Source: Gekko japonicus
Lineage: Eukaryota
Assembly (NCBI RefSeq): GCF_001447785.1
Contig: NW_015164186.1
Location: 717,781 to 781,780, forward strand
DNA: 64,000 nucleotides
Reading direction: 5' to 3'
The translations under genes were made by a program, and so were the position numbers. Every line of letters begins with the position of its first letter. Position 1 is the stretch's first letter. Of this stretch, positions 49,452-61,320 are shown piece by piece. The notes beneath the pieces are model-generated. The model worked only from the letters and a program-made list of their open reading frames with translations. It had not been told where the DNA came from and ran no database searches.

Positions 49452-51444
49452 CAAGCTTGGTTTGGTCAGTAAAAAGGCAAGTGGAGACCTAATTTGGCCA
49501 TTGTGAGGAACTCATTGGGGCCAGTCCTGACTAGGGTTGCCAGCTCCAGCTTGGGAAATTCCTGGAGACTTTGTGGTGCAGTCTACAGAAGCCAGAGTTT
49601 GTGGAGGGGAGAGGCCTCAGCTGAATAGAATGCCATAGAGTCTACACTCCAACGCAGTTATTTTCTCCAGGGGGAGAGAGAGATCTGTTGTCTTGAATTC
49701 AGTTGTGATACCAGGCAATACCACAGCCAGTGTGGCGTAGCAGTTAGCACTTCAGAGCAGGGTTTGCCAGACCCAGGTTCTTGCCGTGAAAGTGGAGGTG
49801 GATGATTTTGGACCAGTCACAGCTAACCTACCTCACAGGGTTGTTGTGCAGATCAAAAGGAGGAGAGAATGTGAGGTGCTTTGGTCCCCACTGCAGAGAA
49901 AGACTGTACTTTTCCTCCTGGGGAACCATTGTTGCCAATTTTCAGGTGAGAGCTGGAGATCACTCAGAATTACAACTGCTCTTCAGGTGGCAGAGATTAG
50001 TTCCTCTGGAGAAAACGGTGGACTCTGTGTCATTATACCCTGCCTCCTTCTAGAGCTCATTGTATTTATTTCCACAATGGGCCTTATTCCTAATATCAAT
50101 ATAAAGCTGTTCAGATGCTGATTTAGACAATAAATCTGAAAAGCCCTAGTGGTGCATGGGAGAAGAGCATGGCTACTGCTGGGGGGACCAGGCAGTGAAA
50201 CTATGAAGAAACCTGTCATGTGGAAGCTCCGTTGCTGTTGCACTGTATTAGCAGCCAGAGGGAAACTACATATGCCTGCCTTAGGGTTGCCAATTCCAAG
50301 TTGGGAAATTACTGGATATTTTGGGGGTGGAGCCTGGGAACGGTGGGCTTTGAGGAAGGAAGATGCCTCTGTGGGGTATAATGTCATAGCCACCAAAGCA
50401 GCCATTTTCTCCAGAAGAACTAATCTCTGCAGTCTGGAGATCAGATGTAATTCTGAGAGAACTCCAGGCCCCAGGTAGAAGTTGGTAACCATAGCCTGTC
50501 CCCATGTGGAAAACATCAAGATAATATCAGTTAAAGGCTGATTCCTTGAGATAATAGGTTGAAAAAGCTATTTTTCTATTGACCAAGTCTCATATACTAA
50601 GATTATATCATAGCTTTTCAGGAGTTCCCCTGTTCCCTTTGTACTCATTTTGTTATTTCATTCAGCCATATTCCATGAGAGAAAGCATGTTTTCTGTATA
50701 TTTAGTCAGTCCTTCTTCCTTTAGATGTGGCAAGGTTCCCTTTCTCTATCTCCAGCTGGGACTCAGTAGAAAAGGCCATTTGACCAAAAGGGCACAAAAT
50801 GCCGGAAGCTTTGTATGAAGTGAATATTTGTGGACTAATCAACAGCTGTCCCTTAGCATATAAATGGTCCCTTTCATTGTCCTGAGTTTTCTGCACCCTA
50901 ATATTTTCCAGAGTGATTATTAAATTCTGCAGTCTGGAAGGCATATCATTTTGCTCTGAAATGGGGGAAGTAAGCCAAAGGATGCCAACAGATTGCTTTC
51001 AAAGTCCTCAGGATGGGCCTGCACACTTTCCTTTGCAGGAAAGCGAGCCAGCAGAGCAGTCTTGTCTGTCCCAGCGGAAGGGGAGATCGAATCAGTCAGC
51101 ATCTCCTAATTCTCTGGTGAGTGGACAGTAGGGTTGCCAACCTCTAAGTGGGGCCTGGAGATCTCCTGTGATTACGACTGTTCTCTACACTACTGAGAGA
51201 TCTATTACCCTGCAGAAAATGGCTGCTTTGGAGGATGGACTCTATAGTAGTATATGGTATAATTTATACCCTGCCTTCCCCAGGCTCCACCTGCAAATCT
51301 CCAGGAATGTCCAAACTCAGAGCTCACAACCCCAGTGGGTAATAGAACGAGATGCCTTATTTTAAGGATTAATCTTAGGGCACCCCTTTAGTGACAATTT
51401 GCTCCGTCTGTAGCCCCTCTATTCCCTGTCTAAATTACTTTCTT

Positions 51445-51785
51445 ATGGGGTCATTTCGTAGAAAAAGAGCTAGGGGAACTCATTAGCATAACTCATTAGC
51501 ATATGCCACACCCCCTGACATCAGAGGCCCGGCGGTGGACCTGCAAGGCTGGCGGAAGTGCGAGGAAGCCCTGCCAAGGCCCTCCCTGGCCCCAGGCAGG
51601 CAGGGGTGGGGAGAGGCGGGGAGGAAGCAACTTACCCTCCCTCTTCTCCTGCCTCCTCCTGGCTGAATGAGGGCTGGAAGCGGGGCGGCCAGAAGCAGGG
51701 GGCGGGGCTTCATCGTGTGCCCCGCCCCCTGCACCTCACCCGGGGGAACTGCATTCCCCCGCGTTCCCCCCCGAAATGACCTCTG
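51445..51785. mobile_element. MITE with ggtcatttcg/cgaaatgacc inverted termini
   Basis: Inverted terminal match around a GC-rich interior. Confidence 0.6.
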
Positions 51786-51889
51786 GATGGCATTGAAAAA
51801 AAGTGGGTCCTTGCCCTTTGAACAAAGGATTGGACCAGGAAAACCCCATATGTTTTTAACTAGTACCGCCTTTAAAAAAATTAATGAAG

Positions 51890-53570
51890 ATCATTGAGGG
51901 AAAGAATTCTATCTTAATCCTAACCCCTCTGAGGAACCCAGGAATCCATGAAACATATCTTAAATCAATTGATGAAAAGTGTGGGCACAGAAGAAAAGAT
52001 ATTCGTTTGCCACCTGCTTTGTTGACCAGTTAATCATACGTCCCTTGTATGGAATAATATTTAGAACAACTGTACTGTGTTCCAGATCTAAGAGAGGCCG
52101 TCTCTGAAACCTTTGTTGCCTTGCTGACATCTTTGATATTCTTTGCACCCCCTGCTACTTCATTCATGGTATCAACTGTATTTCTTTTAATTGCCTCACC
52201 TGCAAATCAGCCAGGAGGACCTGAATTGATCAGTTAGAAACTTAATCTCTTCAAAGATTTTTTGCAAAGTTTGTGCAATCAGTTGTGTCTGAGATGCAAG
52301 AATCACTATTTGCTCCTTAGATCTCTTCCTATTTAATACTTTGTCAAAAGCTTTCAGGTCAATAGGGGGGTTCCGGGAGGGGGCCAGTATAGAATCCTGA
52401 AAACTAGGTGATGCTAGCACATCATTTAGTAAAGGGGCAAAACTACGGGCAAATACAGTTGCTGAAAGCTGCTGAAAATATTCCTCTATCTTACTTTGCA
52501 GCTAGTACTTTCCCCTCATAAGGGACAAACCTCCCCCCCCCCATTATTACTGATCTAATACCAGGGACTAGCCTATATAAAACCAATTAAATAAATAATT
52601 CTACCTACTAGCTTATTCTGGCAGCCTTATCGTCTTCTTATTGGTTATAGGCACACTACTGTCCCATTAATGTAAATTGTGAATTTTATTATTTTAACTG
52701 TGAATGTATTGTGCAAATGTTTTTATTAATGTACACCGCCCTGAGCCCTGTTCCACACAGGGGAGGGCGGTTTAAAAATCTAATTTAATTAATAAAGTAA
52801 AATAAATCCTAGTAAAATAAAGGGCTTAAAATTAATAGAGCTTGTAAAATACAGGGTGCCATTAAGTCAAAATATGGCTCTAATAAAAACCCCAGATTAA
52901 AACCCACTGAGATAATCCCTAATGGGGAGTAAAATATAAAATATACACTGTTAAAATATAACAATTAAATACTGATTAAAAAAACTGATAAAATAGCTAC
53001 AAAATTTAAAGTAAAATTCGACAGTTACACCTCAGACATACTGTGGCTGGGGTGAAGCTAAATAGCTAAATAGATAAAACAACTAGAATAGAACTGGGAG
53101 TATTAATGTGCTTACACCATAAAAGCACAAACCCAGAACACAACTGCCCCATAGGGGCAGTTTTATAACAAATAAAATAACAACAAATCAAACACGTAAA
53201 ACAGCATAAAACAAACCACAGCCTCCCACACAACCTAGGTTAAAATAAGTTAAATAGAACAGAATACTAGAAAGAATAAGGATTAGAAAAGGGGGGGGAG
53301 AGAAGAGACAAACCTCTCTCCCTCCCAACTGCCCAATGCCTGGATAACAGATTAATTAGACTTGGCATTTTCCAAGCAGGAGGGAAAATCATTCCAGCTG
53401 ACGAAGGTCAGTCACTTCAAAAGAAAAACAACTATTCTCCTAGGCTGCAACGAACTATACCACAGAGCCAGAAAAGAAAAATCCTAGTACAAACTAAGCT
53501 ACAGTCTCAAAACAAATTTACTCAGAGTGGAGCTCAGCTTCTTTATCTGCTGACTCTCACTGGAACCAGA
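51890..53570 (-). mobile_element. Possible 5' region (UTR/ORF1 remnant) of a LINE
   Basis: A-rich plus strand and coiled-coil-like ORF fragments (52196-52420, 51960-52148) without splice signals. Family not identified. Confidence 0.35.
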
Positions 53571-53883
53571 AGATGTTCTAAAGGCTGATTCCATGGGGCA
53601 GGGGAGCACAGGTGAACGCTGCCATTTTAAAGGGATTGCTTAGCTCCAGCCCAACTCCCTAGATAGGCTGTGGGCTGAGAGTCTGCTCAGGGGCTCTCCT
53701 GCAACTGCTCTGCTGGTTTCCTTAAAGCCACAGCAAGGGACAGGGGGGCTCCAGCTTACCCAGCTAGAAAAAGAAGGAAGAGCCCCAGGAGCCACAGTTG
53801 TCCTGCAGAAGCTTAGTAGTAGTAGTAGTTTTTAAAAAGCAGTTGTGGAGGAAAGGTGGAGCAAAAACACTGTGGGAATGGTA

Positions 53884-54229
53884 AAGGTAAAGGTTCCCTT
53901 GCTCGAAAGCCAGTCGAATCCGACTCTAGGGTTGCGGTGCTCATCTCCGTTTCAAAGCCGAAGAGCCAGCGCTGTCCGAAGACGTTTCCGTGGTCATGTG
54001 GCCAGCATGACTAAACACCAAGGCGCACGGAACGCTGTTACCTTCCCACTGAAGCGGTACCTATTTATCTACTTGCAATTTCTTGCTTTCGAACTGCTAG
54101 GTTGGCAGGAGCTGGAACTAGAGACGGGAGCTCACTCTGTCATGCGGCACCCGGGTCTCGAACTGCTGAACTACCGACCTTCCACAGTCTGCAGTTAAGC
54201 GTCTTAACCACTTGAGCCACCGTAGCTCC
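53884..54229 (-). mobile_element. Sauria SINE
   Basis: Reverse complement of the same family. TSD tgggaatggta (53873-53883, 54231-54241). Confidence 0.92.
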
Positions 54230-54497
54230 ATGGGAATGGTACCATGTGGAAAATAATTGGAAAGTGTTTATTCTTTTATTGTAGTTAATAGACTTGTTAA
54301 GAGCTTGTTGGCCTGCTCTTGTTGATTTTATATTAAATATAGGCATTATCAAAGTTCCCATCCACAGTGTCTCTTCCACCTGTTGAAAGACTGCAAACAC
54401 GGAACTCTGACACAAGCATAAGGTCTTCACAGAAAGAGGCTTCTCTCTGCATCCACAAGGACCTATAGTTTGATCTGCTTTTAATGCCAATATGCTT

Positions 54498-54731
54498 AAA
54501 GGTAAAGGTTTCCCTTGCTCGAAAGCTAGTTGAATCCAACTCTAGGGGGCGGTACTCATCTCCGTTTCCAAGCCGAAGAGCCAGCGCTGTCCGAAGACAT
54601 TTCTGTGGTCATGTGGCCGGTATGACTAAACGCCGAGGTGCACAGAACACTGTTACCTTCCCACCAAAGCGGTACCTATTTATCGACTTGCAATTTCTTG
54701 CTTTCAAACTGCTAGGTTGGCAGGAGCTGGA
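54498..54731 (-). mobile_element. 5'-truncated, more diverged Sauria SINE
   Basis: aaaggtaaagg tail and body similarity. Lacks the tRNA head. Confidence 0.85.
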
Positions 54732-56894
54732 CTCTGCAAAAGCTATCCTGTGATGGACGTAGAGTCTTTTTTTACTGACTGCAGGGCCAAGAGCTGTTGA
54801 GAACTACCCTCTCAGACAGAATGCCACAGAAGGGATACAGCAGCCTGACCACCTGCCCCGACTGCCTGCCCCCCGCCCCCAGCCAGAAGCTTATTTCTTC
54901 CACAGAAGCAAGAGAAAGGAAACTCTGGCCCTTGGCACTAGCCAGAGCAACAAGGACTGCTGGGAAGTTCCACCAGCACCATCCCAGTTGGAACATCAGC
55001 GGGGGGGGGGGGGGGGGGGGGGACAGCCACAGAAAAATTTAAACTACATAAATTTATCCTAGATTGAGAAACAAAAAGATGGTCCCATTTTTGCCTGGCT
55101 AGTTATTTAATATTTTGTTACTGTTTTAAAAAGCAATGCTCTATTTTTCCTACAGAAGTTTAAAAAGTATGAGGATCTGTCCACATAGATTAAAAAAAAC
55201 AACCCCTTTAACAATAATTATATGAAAGTCTTCCAGGCAGGCCCATAGCCAGAAAATTGGGGGAGGGGGATGAGTACAGTGGTGGTGAGCATATCATTAT
55301 TTATTTACTTTGTTATGACTGAGCTACGATGTAGTACAAAATCTCTAAAGGGGTCATTCTACAAAGAAGTTTAAACGATAATCCATTTTGTTTGAAACCA
55401 AATATTCCCTTCATTTATTTACACATGATGAACAGAGGCTTGTAAATGCATGAAGATCCCCACCCCCATATTGGCCCACTTCCACTTTCCTGGGTTGCAA
55501 CGTGCCAAATGGGAATCCCCTCCACCAATGTATCAGCATAAAAATGTCTGTTTCTTCCTCTGAGCATGAAATGAAGCTTGCTAACAGACATCACAGAAGA
55601 AGGTGCGTTTTCTTGGATTGATGGCCCCTTTGATTCACAACACCATTTTCCATTGAACTCCACCCCCACTTCCTGCAAAAGCCCAAAACCCTCCTCTGGT
55701 TTGGCTCTACATAACTGGCTATAGGAAGACTTAAGAATAGCTATATGCAATTCTGGAATGCAATATGGTTGCCAACCTCCAGGTCAGGCCTGAAGATCTC
55801 CCAGAATTACAAGTGATCACCAGACTACAGAGATCACTTCTCCTGGAGAAAATGACTACTTCAGATAACAGACTCTATGGTATTATACCTGATTAATGTC
55901 CCTCCGCCACCTTCCCCAGGCTTCATCCCGCAAATCTCCAGGAATTTCCCAACATGGATTTGGAACCCTAGTGAGTAAGTGCACATGTTTCTTTCGCAGC
56001 TACAGCTTGCCAAGCATACAGGGGAAGGGTGGCTTTTTTGCTAGGGAAAAACAGGGGGGGGGGGGGGGGGGATGGAGGTGACAGCAGAGAACTAGCTTTG
56101 TCCTAAAGGGATTTCTATGCCTTTACATAACATACCAAGTCAGAGCCTTGGCTCACCGAAATGAATATCACCTGCATTAGCAGGGAGTGGTTGTCAAGCA
56201 GAGAAAGGCCCAGATACTTGGGCTCAGAAGTTGCCATAAACTGATGAGTCACATCTTTGGTCTAGCTAGCTTAATATTTCCTCCTCTGGCTGGCAGCGGC
56301 TCTCTGAGGTATCAGGCAAAGGGTCAAACGCCTTTCCTGACATCAGCTTATCTGAAGTCCTTCCATGGGAAATAAGAGGGGCTGAACCTGGGACCGTCTG
56401 CATACAAAGCAGGTGTTCTACCACAGAGCCACAGCTCTGTGCTCTCTCAGAAATTCCTCTACTGCAACTGGAAAGGCAACCTAGAAAGAGTCTAAATAAA
56501 TAAAGTCAGTGGCCCCTGGGGCTGCAGACACAAAGGAGAAGACACTCCGGCTCCCATCACCAGTGAGAGGCACAAGGACTCCTGGAAATTTGTGCCACCT
56601 CTGTCCCAGCTAAAATTCTCCTCTGCCTCCATTCTGACGGTGATCTCCCTCTTTCACCTCTTTCCTCCAGTCACCTTTCCTCGGTTCCCTTGTAAGTCTA
56701 GCTTTTTACACTTTATAACTGAGGACGGGGCTGATATTTTTTCTACACAACAAACAGTTAATGTAGATTGTCTTGAAATAATAATAATTTGCTTATTTAT
56801 CAGCATATCTCTGAAGTTTGGTGACCCAATTTCAGGATCAGGATGGGCTGCATCCTTCAGTTGTTCTCACAATGAGGCGGATATAAAATTTCAG

Positions 56895-57225
56895 GACAAA
56901 GGGAAATACTTCTTTGCTCACAGAGCAATTAAATGGTGCCATTTACTGCAAGTGGATGTAGTTATGGCCCCTGGCACAGATGATGTTAAAAAGGGTTTAG
57001 ACAGATCCATGGAGGATAGGTTCCTCACTGGCTACCAGCCATAATGGCAAAAAGAGCTTCCATGATCAGAGGTAGTAAACCTCTGAAACCCAGTGCAGGT
57101 AGGCAACATCAGGGAAAGGTCTTGACCTCTATGCCCTGTTTGCCGGCCTTCCAGAGCAACTGGTTGGCCACTGTGTGAAACAGGATGTTGGACTAGATGG
57201 ACTACTGGTCTGATCCAGCAGCACA
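56895..57225 (+). mobile_element. Old CR1 3'-end fragment
   Basis: KYFFAHRAIKWCHLLQVDVVMA...KKGLDRSMEDR is a CR1 ORF2 C-terminus. Confidence 0.7.
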
Positions 57226-57418
57226 TCTGTTGGGGAAATTCTGGAGCTGAGAGCAGCTGACCTCTCCTGGTAAAAAACCCAGAAGGCTCCTTAGTGCTCA
57301 TAGCCACCCAAGATCCTACTTACAAGGTCAACCTCAGGATCAATGTGTTCATGAGTCAGAGGCACACCGTATTCCTGGTCCACGCTTCTGAGCTGCCAGT
57401 CACCTGGGGATTACTCAC

Positions 57419-57814
57419 CTGTTTGTACAAAGTCTTCTGAGAGCAATCACTAAGTGTCACTGATAAGTTAGGGAAAGGCAACACAGAGAAAGGACGGCCA
57501 ACCTTCAGCCTCTTAGTCTTTCGCAGCTGCTGGTACTCTTGCAGGCTAGTCTGGAACCTAAAGCTGAACAGACCTGCTTTGGGTCTCCTTAAAGAAGACA
57601 AAGGGATCTGGAACCAGCGGATGTCCCTCCAGGTGCTAAACAGCTCCGTGCTGTATGATACCTTCTTTGGCTTGGGAACTAAACTGACACTGCCGTTTTC
57701 ATTGCAAGACAGATTCTGGCCTGCCGGCTCCACAGCATCCCTGGATGTCCCAGGTTGTTCACAGGGTGGAGCAGATCCCTCAGAATTTTGCTTTCCTGTC
57801 TCCTTCATGGGCAT
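57419..57814 (-). CDS. FAM178B: Candidate first coding exon (ATG 57814, phase-0 donor)
   Basis: ATG follows an in-frame upstream TGA. 132 open codons (MPMKETGKQNSEG...WFQIPLSSLRRPK...RKTKRLKV...LYKQ) end at a strong cag|gtgagt donor. Acceptors at 57861 and ~58047 lie upstream. Assignment to this gene is by position and strand only. Confidence 0.55.
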
Positions 57815-59719
57815 CTCTGATGGCTCCTCCAGTGGGATCCGGGGCACAGGAGAGGCTCAAGCTGTTTGTTGAAAGTTGAGTGGAAATGGTAGGAGAGTAT
57901 GGAACACACACACACACACGCACGGTAACAGGATGGTACTTTTGGCCTTGACTGCTCTTAAGAGGAATTAGGAGTTCACCAACTAGCAAAAGCAACCCTG
58001 TCCTCTTCTGGAGCACTTAGGATGCCCTGCAGAAGATCACCAGATACCTGGAAAGAAAGAAGAGGAGGGACAAATAGCAGCTCTCTCATTGCAAAGAGTC
58101 TGTCTTCACCCATCACCTGTCAAGTGCTTTCAACTATCAAGTTGTGTTTTAGAGCTGGATTTATGCACAGACTAAATAAACTACAGTTTGGGGACCCAGA
58201 TTACAAGGTGCCTCTAATTTTTTTTTTTAAATCTACAAATTACCATTTGGGGGTAATGTTATTGGGCCATCTTACACTTAATATAACTTAGGGCTTCAGC
58301 ATGTCTCATTGTGGCGTAGATCAATTTTTTAAAAAAATTATAAAAACAATTTCACACTAGCTCTACTGATTTATTTTAACAGTTAAGGAACTGCCTTTGA
58401 ACCAGAGAGGCGTGGGTTCAAATTCTCATTCAGCCATGAGATTTACAGGGTGGCCATAGGCTGGTCATTGTCTCAGATTAACCTACCTCATAGGGCTGTT
58501 ATGAGGATAGAGGGGAGCAAATCTCATGAACGTTTAGAGGAAGTGGGAAGTGCAAATGTAATTAATAAATAATAATTCTAATGATGTGCTTCAAATGCAC
58601 AGTAAGCTCTAAATAAATGCCAAGGATAACTCCTACCCTGCTGATAAAAGGTATGTATCACTTTTGTCAATCTCTTTTCCGAGGTTTTCCTGGTTCAGTG
58701 AATGAACCTATTTGAACTGCATGCAGCTCACTCCAGGCTCCAGGTCTGAGCTTGCTGGGTTTAATTACCAGTATACAGGCTCCCAAGCAGAGCCGCAGTG
58801 GGCAATAAGGCTCAAAGCTCTCCATCTCATTATCGAGCCTTTCATGCAAAGGACTGCAAATAATTGTAACACAGGAGGTAACCGAGTTCTGACTAGCAAT
58901 CAAAGGGACCCCATTATTGTGGGAAAGCAGAGACTGCTTACAGCTGGGAATTCTCAAATCTTGAAAGCCGGGTCTAACTGTGAGCCTGCAAGGCCTCATT
59001 ATCTGCATACATAAAACTGTCAGTTTCTGATGAAAGGCTCAGAGGCTTCCCAAATGATACACCCCAAGCAGCTATACTCCAAAAGCCTGTAGCCTAACTA
59101 TAATATTTATGCTGTTTAATTTAGCAGAAGTTGTTCATAGATGCCTGAGTTCAGAATCTATAATGTCACCATTTCCTCATAACACTCCCCTGCGTGGCCC
59201 TAGGACTGCAAGTCGCTCCATGAGATCACAGCAACTGAACCAATGGAAAGAAGGAATGTGATGGGTCCGAATTGTGTCTGCCTTTCTGATGTCACAAAGG
59301 ACTTGCTAGCCCTAATACCAGAAGCAGATTCACAAGAGTATTAGGTCCCATGGACCTTAAAGCAAAACTGAAGTCCATAATGGATAGACTGGATAACCTG
59401 GATAGCACAATGCAGACTGCACCACTGGAAAAACAGCCACTCTCCTGCAATAAGGGACATTCTAACAGGATCTCCGATCTAAGAAGCAGGCCCTATAACA
59501 AACTCATGCACTTTGAATCCACTTTCAGTGCAGTGATAGTCTGCAAGTGGATTTATTTGCTGTTTCACAGAGTAAAATCCAGTTGGGAAGTACATTGAAA
59601 GTGGATTTAAATTGCATTATTCAGCATGCATGAAAGCACCAGTCAACACTGCCTCCATGTCTACCCAGGAAATAGTATTATGAGATCCGGTAACACCAGG
59701 ATTTCATTTATCTAATGCA

Positions 59720-59936
59720 TAGGGTTGCCAGGTCCAGGTTGGAAAATATCTGGAGATTTGGGGGGTGGAACCTAGGTTTGGGTGGGGTTTGGGAAGGGGA
59801 GAAACTTCAGCAGCATTTATTGCCATAGGGCCTGTTCTTTAAAGCAGCCATTTTTATCCACGGAAACAGACCGCTGTTGTCTGGAAATCAGTCATAATAC
59901 CAGATCTCCAGGTTCCACCTGGAGGTTGGCAGCCCT
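59720..59936. mobile_element. Non-autonomous DNA transposon (tagggttgcca TIR family)
   Basis: tagggttgcca...tggcagccctg termini. Related copies at ~49532-49720, ~50282-50492, ~51129-51335 and ~55765-55970. Confidence 0.7.
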
Positions 59937-60462
59937 GCCTACGGCAAATGCCAAGGGCAAGATCAAAATAAAAATAAAGACATTTATTCTTGTAGGACAA
60001 TCAGCCACTAACTTGAAAGGCTTGGTGTTTCAACAAAGGGAGATGCCATCCAATGTGAAGCTGCTCAGACAGGCTTCAGTCAAAACAATGGTTTCTTCCC
60101 ATACTAGATTAGTTTAGCTACACCAGGAAGATCGTGTTATCAACAATCACCCCAGTTGTGAACAGTTATGATGCTGCTCTGGTATACACTTGAATTTTAC
60201 ACAGAAATGTCTGTCTATATCTCCTACATTTCAGTAGTTTGGACTATATTTAGAATTTTTTCCCCGTTAACTCAGCATGTAACATTTTATGCACTCACAC
60301 GAGCTCTGGCCTGAAAAAGCTTTTGCCACAATAAATCTGATAACCTTTAAGGTACTACAGGACTGTTGTTAATTAACTGTGGAAAGTTTAAACAGGAGAC
60401 TTATAGCACCTTAAAGGCTAACATTTTTTTTCATTTCAGCATAAATGATCAAGGACTAGAGC

Positions 60463-60633
60463 CAGGGCTTTTTTAGGGGGAAACGCGTCAGAACTGAGTT
60501 CCCGAACCTCTTCAACAAAATTCTTTTTAAAATGTTTTAAAGTGCATGAGTTTTCAGTATACAGATGGAAAACTTCATTTTCCTCTTGAGAGTTTCAGCT
60601 TTTTCAAAAAAAGAAAAGAAAAGAAAAGCCCTG
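60463..60633. mobile_element. hAT-type MITE
   Basis: TIR cagggctttt...aaaagccctg with 8-bp TSD actagagc (60455-60462, 60634-60641). Confidence 0.85.
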
Positions 60634-61009
60634 ACTAGAGCATACTTTGTCAGATGCATGTTGAGACTGTGAGAGATTAGCGGTTTGGGATGTTATAAGG
60701 ATGGAAAGCAAGGCTTTGTTATTATTTTAATTTCAATTTAACTGTAATGCAAATGCTCTTTCTAAATCCAGGTCTGCAAATCTGCCACAATTTTAATAGC
60801 CAGCAGAGCTGCAAAGGCAAGGACCACCCCAAAATAACAATTTTACATTGTTGCAATCCTAAAGGTGCATATTCGTAAGTGGATCACATCAACACGTTTA
60901 GGACTGCAGCCACAAGCCCTGTAAAGCCTTTGCTCTCTCTAGAAATTTTACTAAAAGAATGGCTGGGAGGAAATATTTTGACATATCAGAGAGTTAGAAA
61001 AGGGGGGGG

Positions 61010-61320
61010 GATTTGAAACGGATGCTGCTAGGCTAGAGCGGCACCTACACCAGCCGATCGCTACCTGCAAGAAGCTACCTCCAGCGGCGCCGACCACCAA
61101 CTAACTCCCACCCGTTTCTATCTGTTTCAAAAATCAACAAGGGTAATAAACATTCCATCGCTACGGCAACCAATCGGCACCCAAGAATGTAACGTTTGTT
61201 ACAGTGAACCAATCAGGAACGAGATGTTCAAAGTAATACCGGCACATTAAAGTAGGTTAGAGACAGGGAGCGAACGAGCTTGACATTTCAGATAATCCGG
61301 GGTTTCACTTTGAAGGGGCG
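61010..61320 (-). promoter_or_regulatory. Candidate main promoter / non-coding first exon
   Basis: Locally CpG-rich. CCAAT boxes at 61170 and 61209, X-box-like gttgccgtagcgat (61157-61170, minus), CHR-like TTTGAA (61126-61131, minus), and minus-strand GT donors near 61065 and 61079. Confidence 0.55.
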
